A model generated the notes under the pieces. That model was not told the DNA's origin. It worked only from the letters and a program-made list of their open reading frames with translations, and did no database searches. DNA of 64,000 bases from an uncultured virus (IMG/VR IMGVR_UViG_2667527431_000001). Its lineage: Duplodnaviria; Heunggongvirae; Uroviricota; Caudoviricetes. The DNA is taken from IMG/VR virus record IMGVR_UViG_2667527431_000001. One strand, written 5' to 3'. Below are positions 38,454-48,633 of this stretch, piece after piece (position 1 is the first letter of the stretch; every line of letters begins with the position of its first letter). Both the position numbers and the translations under genes were made by a program.

Positions 38454-39029
38454 CTAAGCATCTGGCTCAAGATTCCTTATAACCCATAATACTCGAAGAC
38501 AACTTAGTAAATGGGTGACTTCCAAGCCCTGCCGCCTATGTAGCTCATAGATCAAATCTCGACAGGAATCAAAGCAAGCTCGGACTTTAGAATTTGTGAG
38601 TTGGGTTTGCCAACCCACGCTGGTCTGTTCACGGTGAGGAAATTCCATTCCCTCCACCTCCCTGGAAAAAAAGTGAGTTTCTGTTCGGCCATGGGCCATC
38701 GTATTTCTAAACTCTATAGTGTCTTTGACCAGTGGATAGACGACATCCAAGCTGGAGTCTGCCAAGCCGACCTTAGATCTAAGAAGCTTGTACTTCGTCC
38801 AGATGCTGGTTCTCTTATCAATTCCAGTATTCCATTCCGGATAGCCGAGTTCATCACCGAGGTGATTAAAGTAAGCTTCGACAAAAAAGCTACTTAGGAC
38901 CATTGCATTGAGCAGATTGTAACTTCTACCTTCCTCTGCCTCCTCTGCACTAGTTAGCGCAGCCCTTGCACCTATATGAAAAAAAGCATAGGTGATAAGT
39001 TTTGTTTCACCACGCAACATCCCTGCCAT
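38454..39029 (-). CDS. HEPN-like protein
   Basis: FFVEAYFN and FRNTMAHG (RxxxxH). Confidence 0.7.
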   Translation of the reverse strand: MAGMLRGETKLITYAFFHIGARAALTSAEEAEEGRSYNLLNAMVLSSFFVEAYFNHLGDELGYPEWNTGIDKRTSIWTKYKLLRSKVGLADSSLDVVYPLVKDTIEFRNTMAHGRTETHFFSREVEGMEFPHREQTSVGWQTQLTNSKVRACFDSCRDLIYELHRRQGLEVTHLLSCLRVLWVIRNLEPDA

Positions 39030-39156
39030 TCCGTCTCTCCTATAAATCACATACCGGACAGTGACTATACCACTCCGCCGCTCGGGCATAGCCCGGCTTA
39101 GGAACCCCCATCCCTTTATTGAATGCCTGCCAGTGATCGGCGGGCGAGGTATCCCT

Positions 39157-39699
39157 ATGCCTGCAATCCTTCAGCGATTCCATCAGGTAGCAAACGACGC
39201 GCTCGTAAAGATCAGTTCTCACTGCCTACCCGGCGCCAAGATAGCACTGGTGATTTACACCCCAGGCAAGCCCGAGGAAGACATCATCCTCAAGGATCAA
39301 GGCCTCGATGACAACGAAGTGGTCAGCTCCCTGCGCCGCCGCGGCCTAAGCATTGACGGCGACAATGCCTACAAGCGCGACCTCTGCGACGCGATTGTCG
39401 GAACCCTGATCATGGGCGCACAGAACACCAACCCGCCACCACCGGATCACTGGGGACAGCGTTTCTGGGATATTGGCCGCGAGGAGCGTTCCAGTAACGA
39501 GAGCCTTCTGAAAGCCCTAGTGGCACTGACCCAGATCGCGGGTGAATGCGAGCAGATCGCTAGCAATTACAGCGGCACCATTGACGGAATTTTTGAACAC
39601 GGCGGCGGCGACCACGAAGACCCGAGCTGCGCAATTTTCCACAGACTGTATTACGCCATGTTCGATGCACGCACCGCCATCGCCAAAGCCACCCGTTAA
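39157..39699 (+). CDS. Hypothetical phage protein
   Basis: GAGG RBS; ARTAIAKA C-terminus typical of ead-like early genes. Confidence 0.65.
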   Translation: MPAILQRFHQVANDALVKISSHCLPGAKIALVIYTPGKPEEDIILKDQGLDDNEVVSSLRRRGLSIDGDNAYKRDLCDAIVGTLIMGAQNTNPPPPDHWGQRFWDIGREERSSNESLLKALVALTQIAGECEQIASNYSGTIDGIFEHGGGDHEDPSCAIFHRLYYAMFDARTAIAKATR

Positions 39700-39742
39700 C
39701 CCGCCCTTTGCCGCCCAACGCGGCGGTTTGGAGTTTTGCACC

Positions 39743-40159
39743 ATGGCAAACGCAACAGCAGCAAAGGTCGGACAGCACCTGCCGCGCATTCTTCGCGCTG
39801 GCGAAGCACCGGGTTACCTCGGCATGTGCCGCGGCGAATTCGACAAAACAGTAAGGCCCCACGTCCGGGAATTCCGCATCGGTACCCAGGGTGTCGGCTT
39901 TGATCGGATCGAGCTCGATGAGTGGGTAGATGCGTACATCGCAAGCAGGCTGATTGAAAAAGCAGTCAATCAGGACAACAATCGGCCTCGCAGCGAGCGC
40001 CAAGGCAAAGATAACGGAGCTACGCCATGGCCCAAAAAGCAATCACCGGCCTCCAGAAAATGCCGAGCGGCATCTGGAAAATCGACAAAAAGTACAGAGG
40101 AGAACGAATTCAAGAGAGTACTGGCACTTGTGACCGCCAAGAAGCCGAGCAGTACCTGA
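39743..40159 (+). CDS. Putative excisionase/RDF
   Basis: PRILRAGEAPGYLGM...FDRIELDEW, overlaps integrase start. Confidence 0.6.
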   Translation: MANATAAKVGQHLPRILRAGEAPGYLGMCRGEFDKTVRPHVREFRIGTQGVGFDRIELDEWVDAYIASRLIEKAVNQDNNRPRSERQGKDNGATPWPKKQSPASRKCRAASGKSTKSTEENEFKRVLALVTAKKPSST

Positions 40160-41211
40160 TCCACTTGCTGGAAAAGCTTCGACAGGAAAAGGTCTACGGT
40201 GTCAAAAAGGTCAGGACCTGGCGAGAGGCGGCTACCCGCTTCTTGCTGGAGGTGAGGGATCAGGCATCAATCCATATATCTGCAACCTATATGGCCCAGC
40301 TTGATCCGTTCATTGGGGACATGCCGATCACGCACATCGATGACGACTCCCTGGCACCGTACATTCATTCCAAGCTGCACCCTGTCGAGGGCAAGCCTGT
40401 AACGAATCGCACGGTCAATATTGCCCTTCAACGGGCAATCAGGGTTCTCAATCTATGCGCGCGCAAATGGCGTGATGATGAGCGCAGACCATGGCTCGAT
40501 GTTGTGCCGATGATCTCGCTCCTGGATGAGAAGACGAACTGCCGCAAGCCTTACCCGCTTTCTTGGGAAGAGCAGTCGATCTTGTTCGCTGAGCTGCCGC
40601 CACACCTGCAGACCATGGCCATGTTCAAGGTCAATACGGGGTGTCGGGAGCAAGAGGTTTGCAAGCTTCAATGGGATTGGGAAATCGCGGTACCGGAGTT
40701 GGATACCACGGTGTTTTTGATTCCGGCCGGGTTCGGCGGACGAAGTGCAAGGTCTGGTGTGAAGAACCGGGACGAGCGCCTGGTGATTCTCAACACCGTG
40801 GCCAAGTCGGTCATTGAGAAGCAGCGAGGCCAGCACAAGCTGTACGTCTTTCCTTTCGGCAAGCCAGACAGCGAAGGGGATGAAACGATGGTTCACCGTA
40901 TGAATGACTCAGCCTGGAAGAAGGCCAGGGTCAGGGCGGCGAAGAAATGGCAGGAGAAGTATTTGCGGCCGGCACATGATGGTTTCGCCCGGATCCGCAT
41001 TCACGACCTGAAGCACACCTTTGGCAGAAGGCTGCGTGCAGCAGGCGTGACTGAGGAGGATCGCAAAGCATTGCTCGGCCATAAGAACGGCAGCATCACC
41101 AGTCACTACTCATCGGCAGAGCTGGACCAACTGATTGAGGCTGCAAACAAGGTATCAGTAACCGACTCGCGCGCACCAGCGCTGACGATCCTGAAGAGGA
41201 GGCAGGGATAG
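40027..41211 (+). CDS. int: Phage integrase (tyrosine recombinase)
   Basis: TGCR, HDLKH, LLGH, HY motifs; adjacent to att/tRNA fragment. Confidence 0.93.
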   Translation: MAQKAITGLQKMPSGIWKIDKKYRGERIQESTGTCDRQEAEQYLIHLLEKLRQEKVYGVKKVRTWREAATRFLLEVRDQASIHISATYMAQLDPFIGDMPITHIDDDSLAPYIHSKLHPVEGKPVTNRTVNIALQRAIRVLNLCARKWRDDERRPWLDVVPMISLLDEKTNCRKPYPLSWEEQSILFAELPPHLQTMAMFKVNTGCREQEVCKLQWDWEIAVPELDTTVFLIPAGFGGRSARSGVKNRDERLVILNTVAKSVIEKQRGQHKLYVFPFGKPDSEGDETMVHRMNDSAWKKARVRAAKKWQEKYLRPAHDGFARIRIHDLKHTFGRRLRAAGVTEEDRKALLGHKNGSITSHYSSAELDQLIEAANKVSVTDSRAPALTILKRRQG

Positions 41212-41293
41212 CAGGAAACCCAAGGTCACTCGAAAAGTCACTAGGGTAGAAATGAAAAAGCCACCGTAAAGGTGGCTAAGTCATTGAAAAATA

Positions 41294-41339
41294 TGGTCGG
41301 GACGGAGTGATTCGAACACTCGACCCCTAGCACCCCATG
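41294..41339 (-). other. att core: 3' 46 nt of tRNA-Pro(GGG), truncated
   Basis: Reverse complement CATGGGGTGCTAGGGGTCGAGTGTTCGAATCACTCCGTCCCGACCA; 5' half absent. Confidence 0.9.
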
Positions 41340-41767
41340 TTCCCTCGTAAAATATCGTAACTCGTTGTAAGTAAAAGAAAAATACAATTATGGATGATGG
41401 CAAAATGTACTGCTATTCGTGCTTAGGCAAACGGTAAACCGGGGCCTGTGGGGTAGGTTTTGCGCAGCTTTGGTGCAGTCTGTCTCACCTTCAGCTTTTT
41501 GATTACAGCCATTCTCAGACCAGTAACGCTGAGCTGAAGGCCAAAAGCTGCCCTTCGCGAAAAGCGGCTCAGAGCTTCAACCAGAGAACGATTTGTGCTA
41601 GCCGCTCATGAGTTTCCAGTCTCCAAAAAAATGATAGCAAACATTCGATTCTATTCATCCAATACGCTATCTTTTACATAGGAGTTCAGCTGCTCACATA
41701 TATAAAGCCGTTGAAGGTGCAGTAAGCCACTAAAAAACAATAGTAAATAGGTAACCCATAGGGAAGA

Positions 41768-42310
41768 GTGGCAGCTTTGGAACAGAGTGAAAAGATCTAC
41801 AGAGCAACAGTTAAGACAAGTCGAAAATATCCGAAAAGGCTTACGGACTATATTGATGCGTTAGTTAAGCATGGACGATTATTGGAGGCCAAGCACTTTT
41901 TCTTAGATCTGTGCCAATTGGGCCCCAATCATCCAAAAACCATACGACTCGGTTATACGATAGCAATTGCAACTTTTGACAACGATTGGATTTATAAATA
42001 CGACCAGCTTTTAACCAACTCTACAAAAGACAGCAGTGAAGTGTACTGGTACCGCTTGCGCTATTATCATTCACAAAACAACATCACGGCCTGCGAAACC
42101 ACAAGCTGTGAGTTGCTTAAGGTTAAATTGAACACTGACCGCCTATCAACAATTATTGAGGTTTGTATGGCGCGAAGAAGCTACTTAATAGCTCAGTCGC
42201 TAGCAGAGTACTTATCAATAAACCACGTAACACTAACCCCTCAATACAACAAACTGCTTAAGCAAATAGTCATAACTAGGCTCACACATTCTATTCAGAG
42301 GTACCTATGA
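41768..42310 (+). CDS. TPR-like helical hypothetical protein
   Basis: ALVKHGRLLEAKHFFLDLCQLGPNH TPR-like pattern. Confidence 0.6.
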   Translation: MAALEQSEKIYRATVKTSRKYPKRLTDYIDALVKHGRLLEAKHFFLDLCQLGPNHPKTIRLGYTIAIATFDNDWIYKYDQLLTNSTKDSSEVYWYRLRYYHSQNNITACETTSCELLKVKLNTDRLSTIIEVCMARRSYLIAQSLAEYLSINHVTLTPQYNKLLKQIVITRLTHSIQRYL

Positions 42311-43293
42311 CCAGCTATTTGGTTGTAAAAATTTTGGATGACAGAAGCTTTAGTCTTCCTTCCACTTTAAACTTTGGCCCTGTTGAGCTTCGATCTTATT
42401 CGGCCGATACCAAATATGAAGTTAGCGCACTTGAAAAATCCGCATCTGAAAACGGGCTTGACTACGAAAAACATAAAGTATGCGCAAGAATTGCCACAAT
42501 AGTTGAATGCGAAAATCATAGCGAAGCTGTGCATACCGCTGACACCAGATTCCTTGAGGTTCTTGACTTCAAGTCTACAGAATATTCGACATCTACAATA
42601 AAGACCTCCCAAATTGGGCTGATAAAGGACCTGTCATCCGGCGAAATCACATCCATTACAAGAACAGGATTTCAACCATCTCTCGCGTTTGTAATGCATA
42701 ATGGAAGCATACAATATGTTGATACTACAGTTTACTTACTTTCGCTCAAAAACGAGCTTTGCGACCGATACAGACGGTCTTTACACTGGGCAAGAAATAG
42801 CAAGAACGAGACAAATCCTCAGCTGAGAATCATATTTTTATGGTTTGCCTTAGAAGCACTATTAAAAGCAGATGAACACGATAACTGCGTAGAAAGCTAC
42901 ATTAGATTATTTATAGGATTCCCAAACGGACAACAGCAATGGGTAATATCGCCATTAACCAAAGAAAAGTTAGAGAACCACCCTAGATATCAACACTGGA
43001 AAAAACAGCTTATTGAAATAGTCAAGGAGATTCGAGATTTTCGGAACGACTCTGTCCACTCAGGGTTTCGAAGCATGGACTTCACAAAAGAAAAACTTGA
43101 ATTATTTAGCACAATTATGATTTATGCCGTAAGCAGGTGCCAAGCTGGTGTAATGCAGGGCTTATTAAACAACTTAGAAACCTTAGTCGAATTCAAAGAG
43201 TATGCAGTACCATTATTCGAGAACAACAAAAATCTCATCAATGACATCCATAACAATATCATCTACTCTTTAGATCACCCCATCACTTACTAA
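42307..43293 (+). CDS. HEPN-domain protein (ApeA-like C-terminus)
   Basis: LWFALEALL and RDFRNDSVHSG; ATGA overlap with upstream gene. Confidence 0.75.
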   Translation: MTSYLVVKILDDRSFSLPSTLNFGPVELRSYSADTKYEVSALEKSASENGLDYEKHKVCARIATIVECENHSEAVHTADTRFLEVLDFKSTEYSTSTIKTSQIGLIKDLSSGEITSITRTGFQPSLAFVMHNGSIQYVDTTVYLLSLKNELCDRYRRSLHWARNSKNETNPQLRIIFLWFALEALLKADEHDNCVESYIRLFIGFPNGQQQWVISPLTKEKLENHPRYQHWKKQLIEIVKEIRDFRNDSVHSGFRSMDFTKEKLELFSTIMIYAVSRCQAGVMQGLLNNLETLVEFKEYAVPLFENNKNLINDIHNNIIYSLDHPITY

Positions 43294-43405
43294 ACACTCT
43301 TCAGTTAAATTACGCACTGATGACACAGATCGTTTTTTTGCCAATCGCAGTCGGTCGCGAGTGGCTCGCTAATGACCCAGGCTGCGTTAAAACGCATGCA
43401 CCATT

Positions 43406-43984
43406 TTGAAATCCGCGCAGGTACTTAAAATCTGCCAGCGTTTGGTTATCGCCCTGAATCTGATTAACAAGCTGTACGGTATCGAGCGAGATTTAAAAGA
43501 AGTCGGCGATGAACATCGTCACGAATGCCGACAGCAAAACAGTCTGCCGGTGTTGGCGCAGTTGCAAACATGGCTGGAGAAAACCCAGCCACAAGTGACG
43601 GCGCAAAATGCACTGGGCAAAGCCATCAGCTACTTGGCTAGCAACTGGATCAAGCTGGTGCGCTTCACCGAAGCCGGTTACTTGCCAATCGACAACAATG
43701 CGGCAGAGCGTGCGATCAGGCCCTTCGTTATCGGGCGCAAGAACTGGCTGTTCAGCGACACACCCAAAGGCGCGATGGCCAGCGCTCAGCTTTACAGTTT
43801 GATCGAGACGGCTAAAGCCAACGGCCAAGAGCCCTATGCGTGGCTGCGCTACGTACTTGAGCGCCTGCCACAAGCCTCGTCAGTCGACGCTTACGAAGCG
43901 CTGCTGCCGTGGAACTGCTCGCCAGAGATGCCACGGTAAACCGTTAACCCACTGTTAGGTAGGTAGGGTTTATGGATCGCATAC
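43406..43984 (+). pseudogene. IS66 remnant (TnpC C-terminus and right end)
   Basis: [23 protein letters not shown] motifs; terminus GGATCGCATAC. Confidence 0.9.
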
Positions 43985-44159
43985 CTACAATCGATCAGTC
44001 AGTCCTTCTTCACTGCTTGCTTTAGGTTTCAACACGTCTTGATATAAAACGCAGTGCCTGATTAGTGACTGCACTGGACAAGGTATCCACGGCCCTATAG
44101 CGTGAACTTAATGGCCTAACGCCATAATGTTCTTCAATGTCTCATAAGGATTTGAAATC

Positions 44160-45821
44160 GTGCACATAGAATCGATACGTCTGATCAACTTCAAAAAATT
44201 CAAGGATCAGACTTTTGACTTCAACGAAGACGTGAATATTTTCGTAGGTGATAACAATTCTGGCAAAAGCACGATCCTGGAAGCTTTGGAGATCGTACTC
44301 AATTTTCAGTATCGCGGTCGGCCATTCAATAGCGAATTTTCCCCTGATCTATTCAACGCAGAGACAGTCGCTGCGTTCAGAGCCTCGCCAAAAACGCCTG
44401 CAGACTTACCTACCCTCGTGATCGAGGCGTACATGAAGAACCTGCCCGACTACCGCGGTGCGAACAACAGTTTGAAGAAAGATGCTCAGGGGGTTCAGAT
44501 CAAAGCCAGCTTTGATCCAGATTTTACTGATGCCTATGACGCTTACCTAGCCTCCGGTGCCGCGATAACCAGCATCCCAGTGGAATTCTACCAAGTTGAA
44601 TGGATGGATTTTGCCTGGAATGTTATCAAACCGATGACCAAGCAATTTAGAGCGCTCTACATCGACCCCACTCGCATTCATCCCACCTTCGGCAAAAATC
44701 AGTACATCTCGAATGTGCTGAGCACCGCACTCAGAAAGGACGAAGAATACCGTTTGAGCCTGAACTACCGTGAGACCCTCCAATCCTTTAACAATACAGA
44801 TGAGGTTACCACCGTCAACAAGGGTTTGGATTCCGATAACAGGATCACGGAAAAGAAGCTGACCATCGCCGCCAACACCATGCCCGCAGGCGCTCTCCAG
44901 AACGCTCTGCAACTTGAAGTAAATGCAGTGCCGTTCCACATGATCGGTAAGGGTGAGCAGAGCAAGGTACAAATCAAGCTGGCCCTGCACAACAAGTCAA
45001 AAGACATCGACCTAGTGATGATGGAGGAGCCGGAAAATCACCTCTCGCATGTCGAACTGAGCAAGTTGGTGCAAGACATCGAGGATCAGCGAGACGGCAA
45101 GCAGCTTTTCCTGACCACCCACAGTTCCTATGTTCTGAACAAACTGAGCCTCAATAAAATCTGCTTGCTGCATGACGGATACAAGAGACTTCACCTCTTG
45201 GACAAAGTGGTGGTCAAGACGCTGAAGCGGTTACCAGGCTACGACACGCTCCGTGTCGCGCTCTCGAAGAAGGTGGTGCTGGTCGAAGGCCCCTCTGATG
45301 AGTTGATACTCAAAAAGCTCTACAGAGACACTCACAAGGGGCGACTGCCAGAGCAGGACGGGATCGATATCATTGTGGTACGTGGCGTCGGGTTCAAGAC
45401 GTTCATTGCGATCGGCAAAGAAATTGGTACCGCAATTAATGTCCTGCGGGATAACGATGGCAATTACGAAAGGAACATCGTTGAAGCGGGTAAGGAATAC
45501 ATTGCTTTCCCAAACATAAAGCTGGTCTCTTCAAAAAACGACAATGAGTTTTCGCTGGAGCCAGCGATGATTTTAGCCAATGCCACATCTGAAAAAGAGT
45601 TGCAGGCATTTGCAGAAATTGTCCTATCCACCCAAACCTTTAAACGGCTCGCTGCCAAACCTACCTTTGCTGAAAAGCTCGAGTTTATCGTGGAGTGGTT
45701 TAGAAGCAGTGACGGCGACGGGAAAGGTAAAAAGAAAGTCGATTCTGCCATCAGCCTTTTCGAGACTGAGAAGCCGTTCAAATATCCAGTATTCCTCACT
45801 GAGGTACTGAATTTTGCCTAA
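44160..45821 (+). CDS. gajA: OLD-family ABC ATPase/TOPRIM nuclease (Gabija A)
   Basis: GDNNSGKS, EEPENH, TTHS, VEGPSD, DND motifs. Confidence 0.85.
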   Translation: MHIESIRLINFKKFKDQTFDFNEDVNIFVGDNNSGKSTILEALEIVLNFQYRGRPFNSEFSPDLFNAETVAAFRASPKTPADLPTLVIEAYMKNLPDYRGANNSLKKDAQGVQIKASFDPDFTDAYDAYLASGAAITSIPVEFYQVEWMDFAWNVIKPMTKQFRALYIDPTRIHPTFGKNQYISNVLSTALRKDEEYRLSLNYRETLQSFNNTDEVTTVNKGLDSDNRITEKKLTIAANTMPAGALQNALQLEVNAVPFHMIGKGEQSKVQIKLALHNKSKDIDLVMMEEPENHLSHVELSKLVQDIEDQRDGKQLFLTTHSSYVLNKLSLNKICLLHDGYKRLHLLDKVVVKTLKRLPGYDTLRVALSKKVVLVEGPSDELILKKLYRDTHKGRLPEQDGIDIIVVRGVGFKTFIAIGKEIGTAINVLRDNDGNYERNIVEAGKEYIAFPNIKLVSSKNDNEFSLEPAMILANATSEKELQAFAEIVLSTQTFKRLAAKPTFAEKLEFIVEWFRSSDGDGKGKKKVDSAISLFETEKPFKYPVFLTEVLNFA

Positions 45822-46986
45822 TAAACTCTGCATGGCGGGTGCCGGCTCAGGCAAGACTCACAAGGTAATTGTCGAATCAATCGCCGAAATCGAGCGCGGG
45901 GGAAAGGTTCTGGTGGTGACCTACACGACAAGTAATCAGCAGGAACTGAGACGTCGATTTCTGGAGGTTTTTGGTACGCACAGTGATCGGTTCGTGGTCA
46001 AAGGTCTGTTCTCTTTTTACTTGGAAGACATGGTGAGGCCGTATCAGCAGGCATTGTTCTCGCGGCGGATCGATGGCATCTGCTTCAACCAGCGCAATCC
46101 TCATATGAAGCCAAATTCAACGTTTATGCTCCCGGGGCGTGCGGAGCAACTGGACGACAAAAGCTACAACCCAAAACATTTTCTGACCTCATGCAAGACT
46201 AAGGCTCACACCGGCTTTCTCGCAAAACTGGCGAGCCGGATCATGAAGGCCACGAAAAACTCTGCTGCAGTACGACTAGGGGAGATTTACACCCAGGTGT
46301 TCTTTGATGAGGTCCAAGATCTGGTTGGGTGGGACTATGAGGTGCTAAAGGGATTGAACAAAACGATGCCGACACCTATCACGTGCGTGGGAGATTTCCG
46401 GCAGACGGTGTACGAAACAACGTTTGGCCAAAAAGCGCCTAAAACAGCCGCTGAGAAAATCGCTGCTTTCAAGTCCATGGACTTTGTGGAGGAGGCATTA
46501 GTCCTCAACCGGCGGTGCATTCAGCCGATTTGTGACGTCGCGGACGCAGTACACAAGGGCGCTTATGAAGCTACGAAATCAGCGGTTAAAGAGACCCCAC
46601 CTGAATTTGCCCATCACCTCGGCACCTTCATCGTCAAGGAGTCGGACGTTGCCGAATACATCAAAGTGTTTGACCCTATGGTTCTGCGCTGGAGTGTAAC
46701 ATCCGGGGCAAAGCTTCTTCCTGCCCAGGCGCGATGCTACAACTTTGGAGGGAGTAAGGGGCTAGGTTTTGAACGGGTGTTGGTGCTTCCCGCGGAAAGC
46801 CAACTGCACTTCGTGCTTGACGGCCAAAAACCGTTTCCAGCGAAGGACGAAACAGCTCAGAACAAGATGTACGTCGCCATCACACGCGCGCGATTCAGTC
46901 TTGGATTCATTGTGCCGGACAAGAAGGCCGAAGGCTTGCGCTTCCCAGTTTGGGCAGCTGAACCTCAAAAAAGAGATCAACTATGA
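45814..46986 (+). CDS. gajB: UvrD-like helicase (Gabija B)
   Basis: AGAGSGKT, DEVQD, GDFRQ, SKGL, YVAITRAR motifs; overlaps gajA. Confidence 0.85.
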   Translation: MPNKLCMAGAGSGKTHKVIVESIAEIERGGKVLVVTYTTSNQQELRRRFLEVFGTHSDRFVVKGLFSFYLEDMVRPYQQALFSRRIDGICFNQRNPHMKPNSTFMLPGRAEQLDDKSYNPKHFLTSCKTKAHTGFLAKLASRIMKATKNSAAVRLGEIYTQVFFDEVQDLVGWDYEVLKGLNKTMPTPITCVGDFRQTVYETTFGQKAPKTAAEKIAAFKSMDFVEEALVLNRRCIQPICDVADAVHKGAYEATKSAVKETPPEFAHHLGTFIVKESDVAEYIKVFDPMVLRWSVTSGAKLLPAQARCYNFGGSKGLGFERVLVLPAESQLHFVLDGQKPFPAKDETAQNKMYVAITRARFSLGFIVPDKKAEGLRFPVWAAEPQKRDQL

Positions 46987-47675
46987 GGTCTATGCAGGCG
47001 CCTCACACTCCGGCGATGAGAAACTTGCAAAGGATCTGGAATCGACTGCGAGCCATTCCCCTTGAGTCCAGCAATTGTGAAGGAAAAGGGCCTGCAAGGC
47101 CGCGCTGATGATATCGGCATACGCATAAGTGGAATGCCCAAAACGGGCGACAAGTATGCCTTTGTTGCCAGCTCGGGCGGCAGCTTTAGATCGAAATCGG
47201 ACCGAGTACAACGTCCGCGTCTGGCCAATTGCAACCAATCACGATGCATCGCTATCGACACATGGCTGACGCTGACCAAATGCACCAATCGCTCCTAAGC
47301 TGCCGCTCAATAGCCAACTACAAAGCTTGGGGCAGCTAAAGTTATGTTTTCTCGCCTCTCGAATATTTACCATGTTCTACAAAGGATGAGGAGAAGGCAT
47401 AGCTGATGCTTTCTCCTGAAAGGCGAGGATTTATCTGGGGAGCATAATTTGAGCGCTGTACTTTCATAACTCTCAGAATCTGCCTCCTAACCTCTGAAAG
47501 CTAGTGGACGTTAACGGATGACCAGGGACTTGTAAGTCACGTAGCATCCTGTATTAAATGGGGTTTTCGGTCACTTTCGAAAAGTACTTTAAAGCTATCC
47601 GTCCCCCAAGTTTCCGTTTAATACCGATTAAGCACTCCTCCTGACGTGCTACCTGATAGGAAAGACTAATCTGCC

Positions 47676-48398
47676 ATGCTCAAAATTGCACTGAATTGCA
47701 TCATGTACCTATGCGCAATCTATTGCATAGGAGATAACATCCGTCGCAACCCAAAAATCGACGCATTTTTAGCGGCCCTTGAGGGTGGCTATACTCGAAT
47801 CAATCAGCACCTTGAAAATGCTACAGTGCGCTCAGGACTCGCTGTGATGCGCAAAATTTACGGATGGACCAGCCTGGTCATGTTCTGTGTCTTTGCCGTC
47901 TTGACGTATTCTCTGCCGAGCTGGAAGGGGGCGATGGATGCAACCTCTCAGCTATTCATGCTGACTTTCATGTTCTGGATGTCGATCAAGTGGGCGGTTG
48001 ACCACAAAGTAACTCTAATCGAGCACTGGAAAACCTATTCACTCTTGATATCTGCCCCACTTCTCATGGGGCTTTGCGACACCTTACTCGACTCAGGTTT
48101 TACGCGGGCGCTAGTAATTCCGTTGGCGCAGTTCCCGTTAAATCTGCACATCGATATCACTGCACTTCCGCCCTTGTTCATTGGTGGCTTCTACTCGGCA
48201 CTATTTCTGGTTTTTTTTGTGAGCTACTACCTGATGACTTGGGTCATTACCACCCCGGTGCTAATCATTTCGGTACTGACGATTGCCATTCCTATCATTT
48301 TTTGCCGGCTGCTAGCAGCCATTGATCGAGAGAAGACATTCTTGTGGTTTGCTGTCTTCACGGGTGGGGCTTGCATGCTCTGGCTGACGCAGCTTTAA
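47676..48398 (+). CDS. Multi-pass membrane hypothetical protein
   Basis: 240 aa with about 6-7 hydrophobic segments. Confidence 0.75.
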   Translation: MLKIALNCIMYLCAIYCIGDNIRRNPKIDAFLAALEGGYTRINQHLENATVRSGLAVMRKIYGWTSLVMFCVFAVLTYSLPSWKGAMDATSQLFMLTFMFWMSIKWAVDHKVTLIEHWKTYSLLISAPLLMGLCDTLLDSGFTRALVIPLAQFPLNLHIDITALPPLFIGGFYSALFLVFFVSYYLMTWVITTPVLIISVLTIAIPIIFCRLLAAIDREKTFLWFAVFTGGACMLWLTQL

Positions 48399-48633
48399 AA
48401 TTTTTCACACCCTGCGCATACGCAAGATCGTAATGATTAGGGGTGAATCGCCCCGGATTCTCGAGACAGCCTGAACCCACCCACTACGGGTTATCCTCTT
48501 GGCGTACCTCTGAGCTATGCTCCACCGGTGAGTAGTTTTTTTTACTCCACAGTCAGGCATAATGCCATGAAGGGCTCTGGCGTAACCGGCCAATGGCGCT
48601 AAACCAACTGAATATGGGAAAAGTAGAGTAAAT

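Larger units (their letters stand above)
1..41339. mobile_element. Prophage 1 (lambdoid head and regulation, P2-like contractile tail); left end lies outside the window
   Basis: Contiguous lysis, tail, head, terminase, Q, replication, immunity and integrase modules ending at a tRNA-Pro 3' fragment. Confidence 0.93.

Noticed and set aside
41294..41339. Functional tRNA-Pro gene
   Set aside because: The 5' acceptor strand and D-arm are missing; it is only an att duplication
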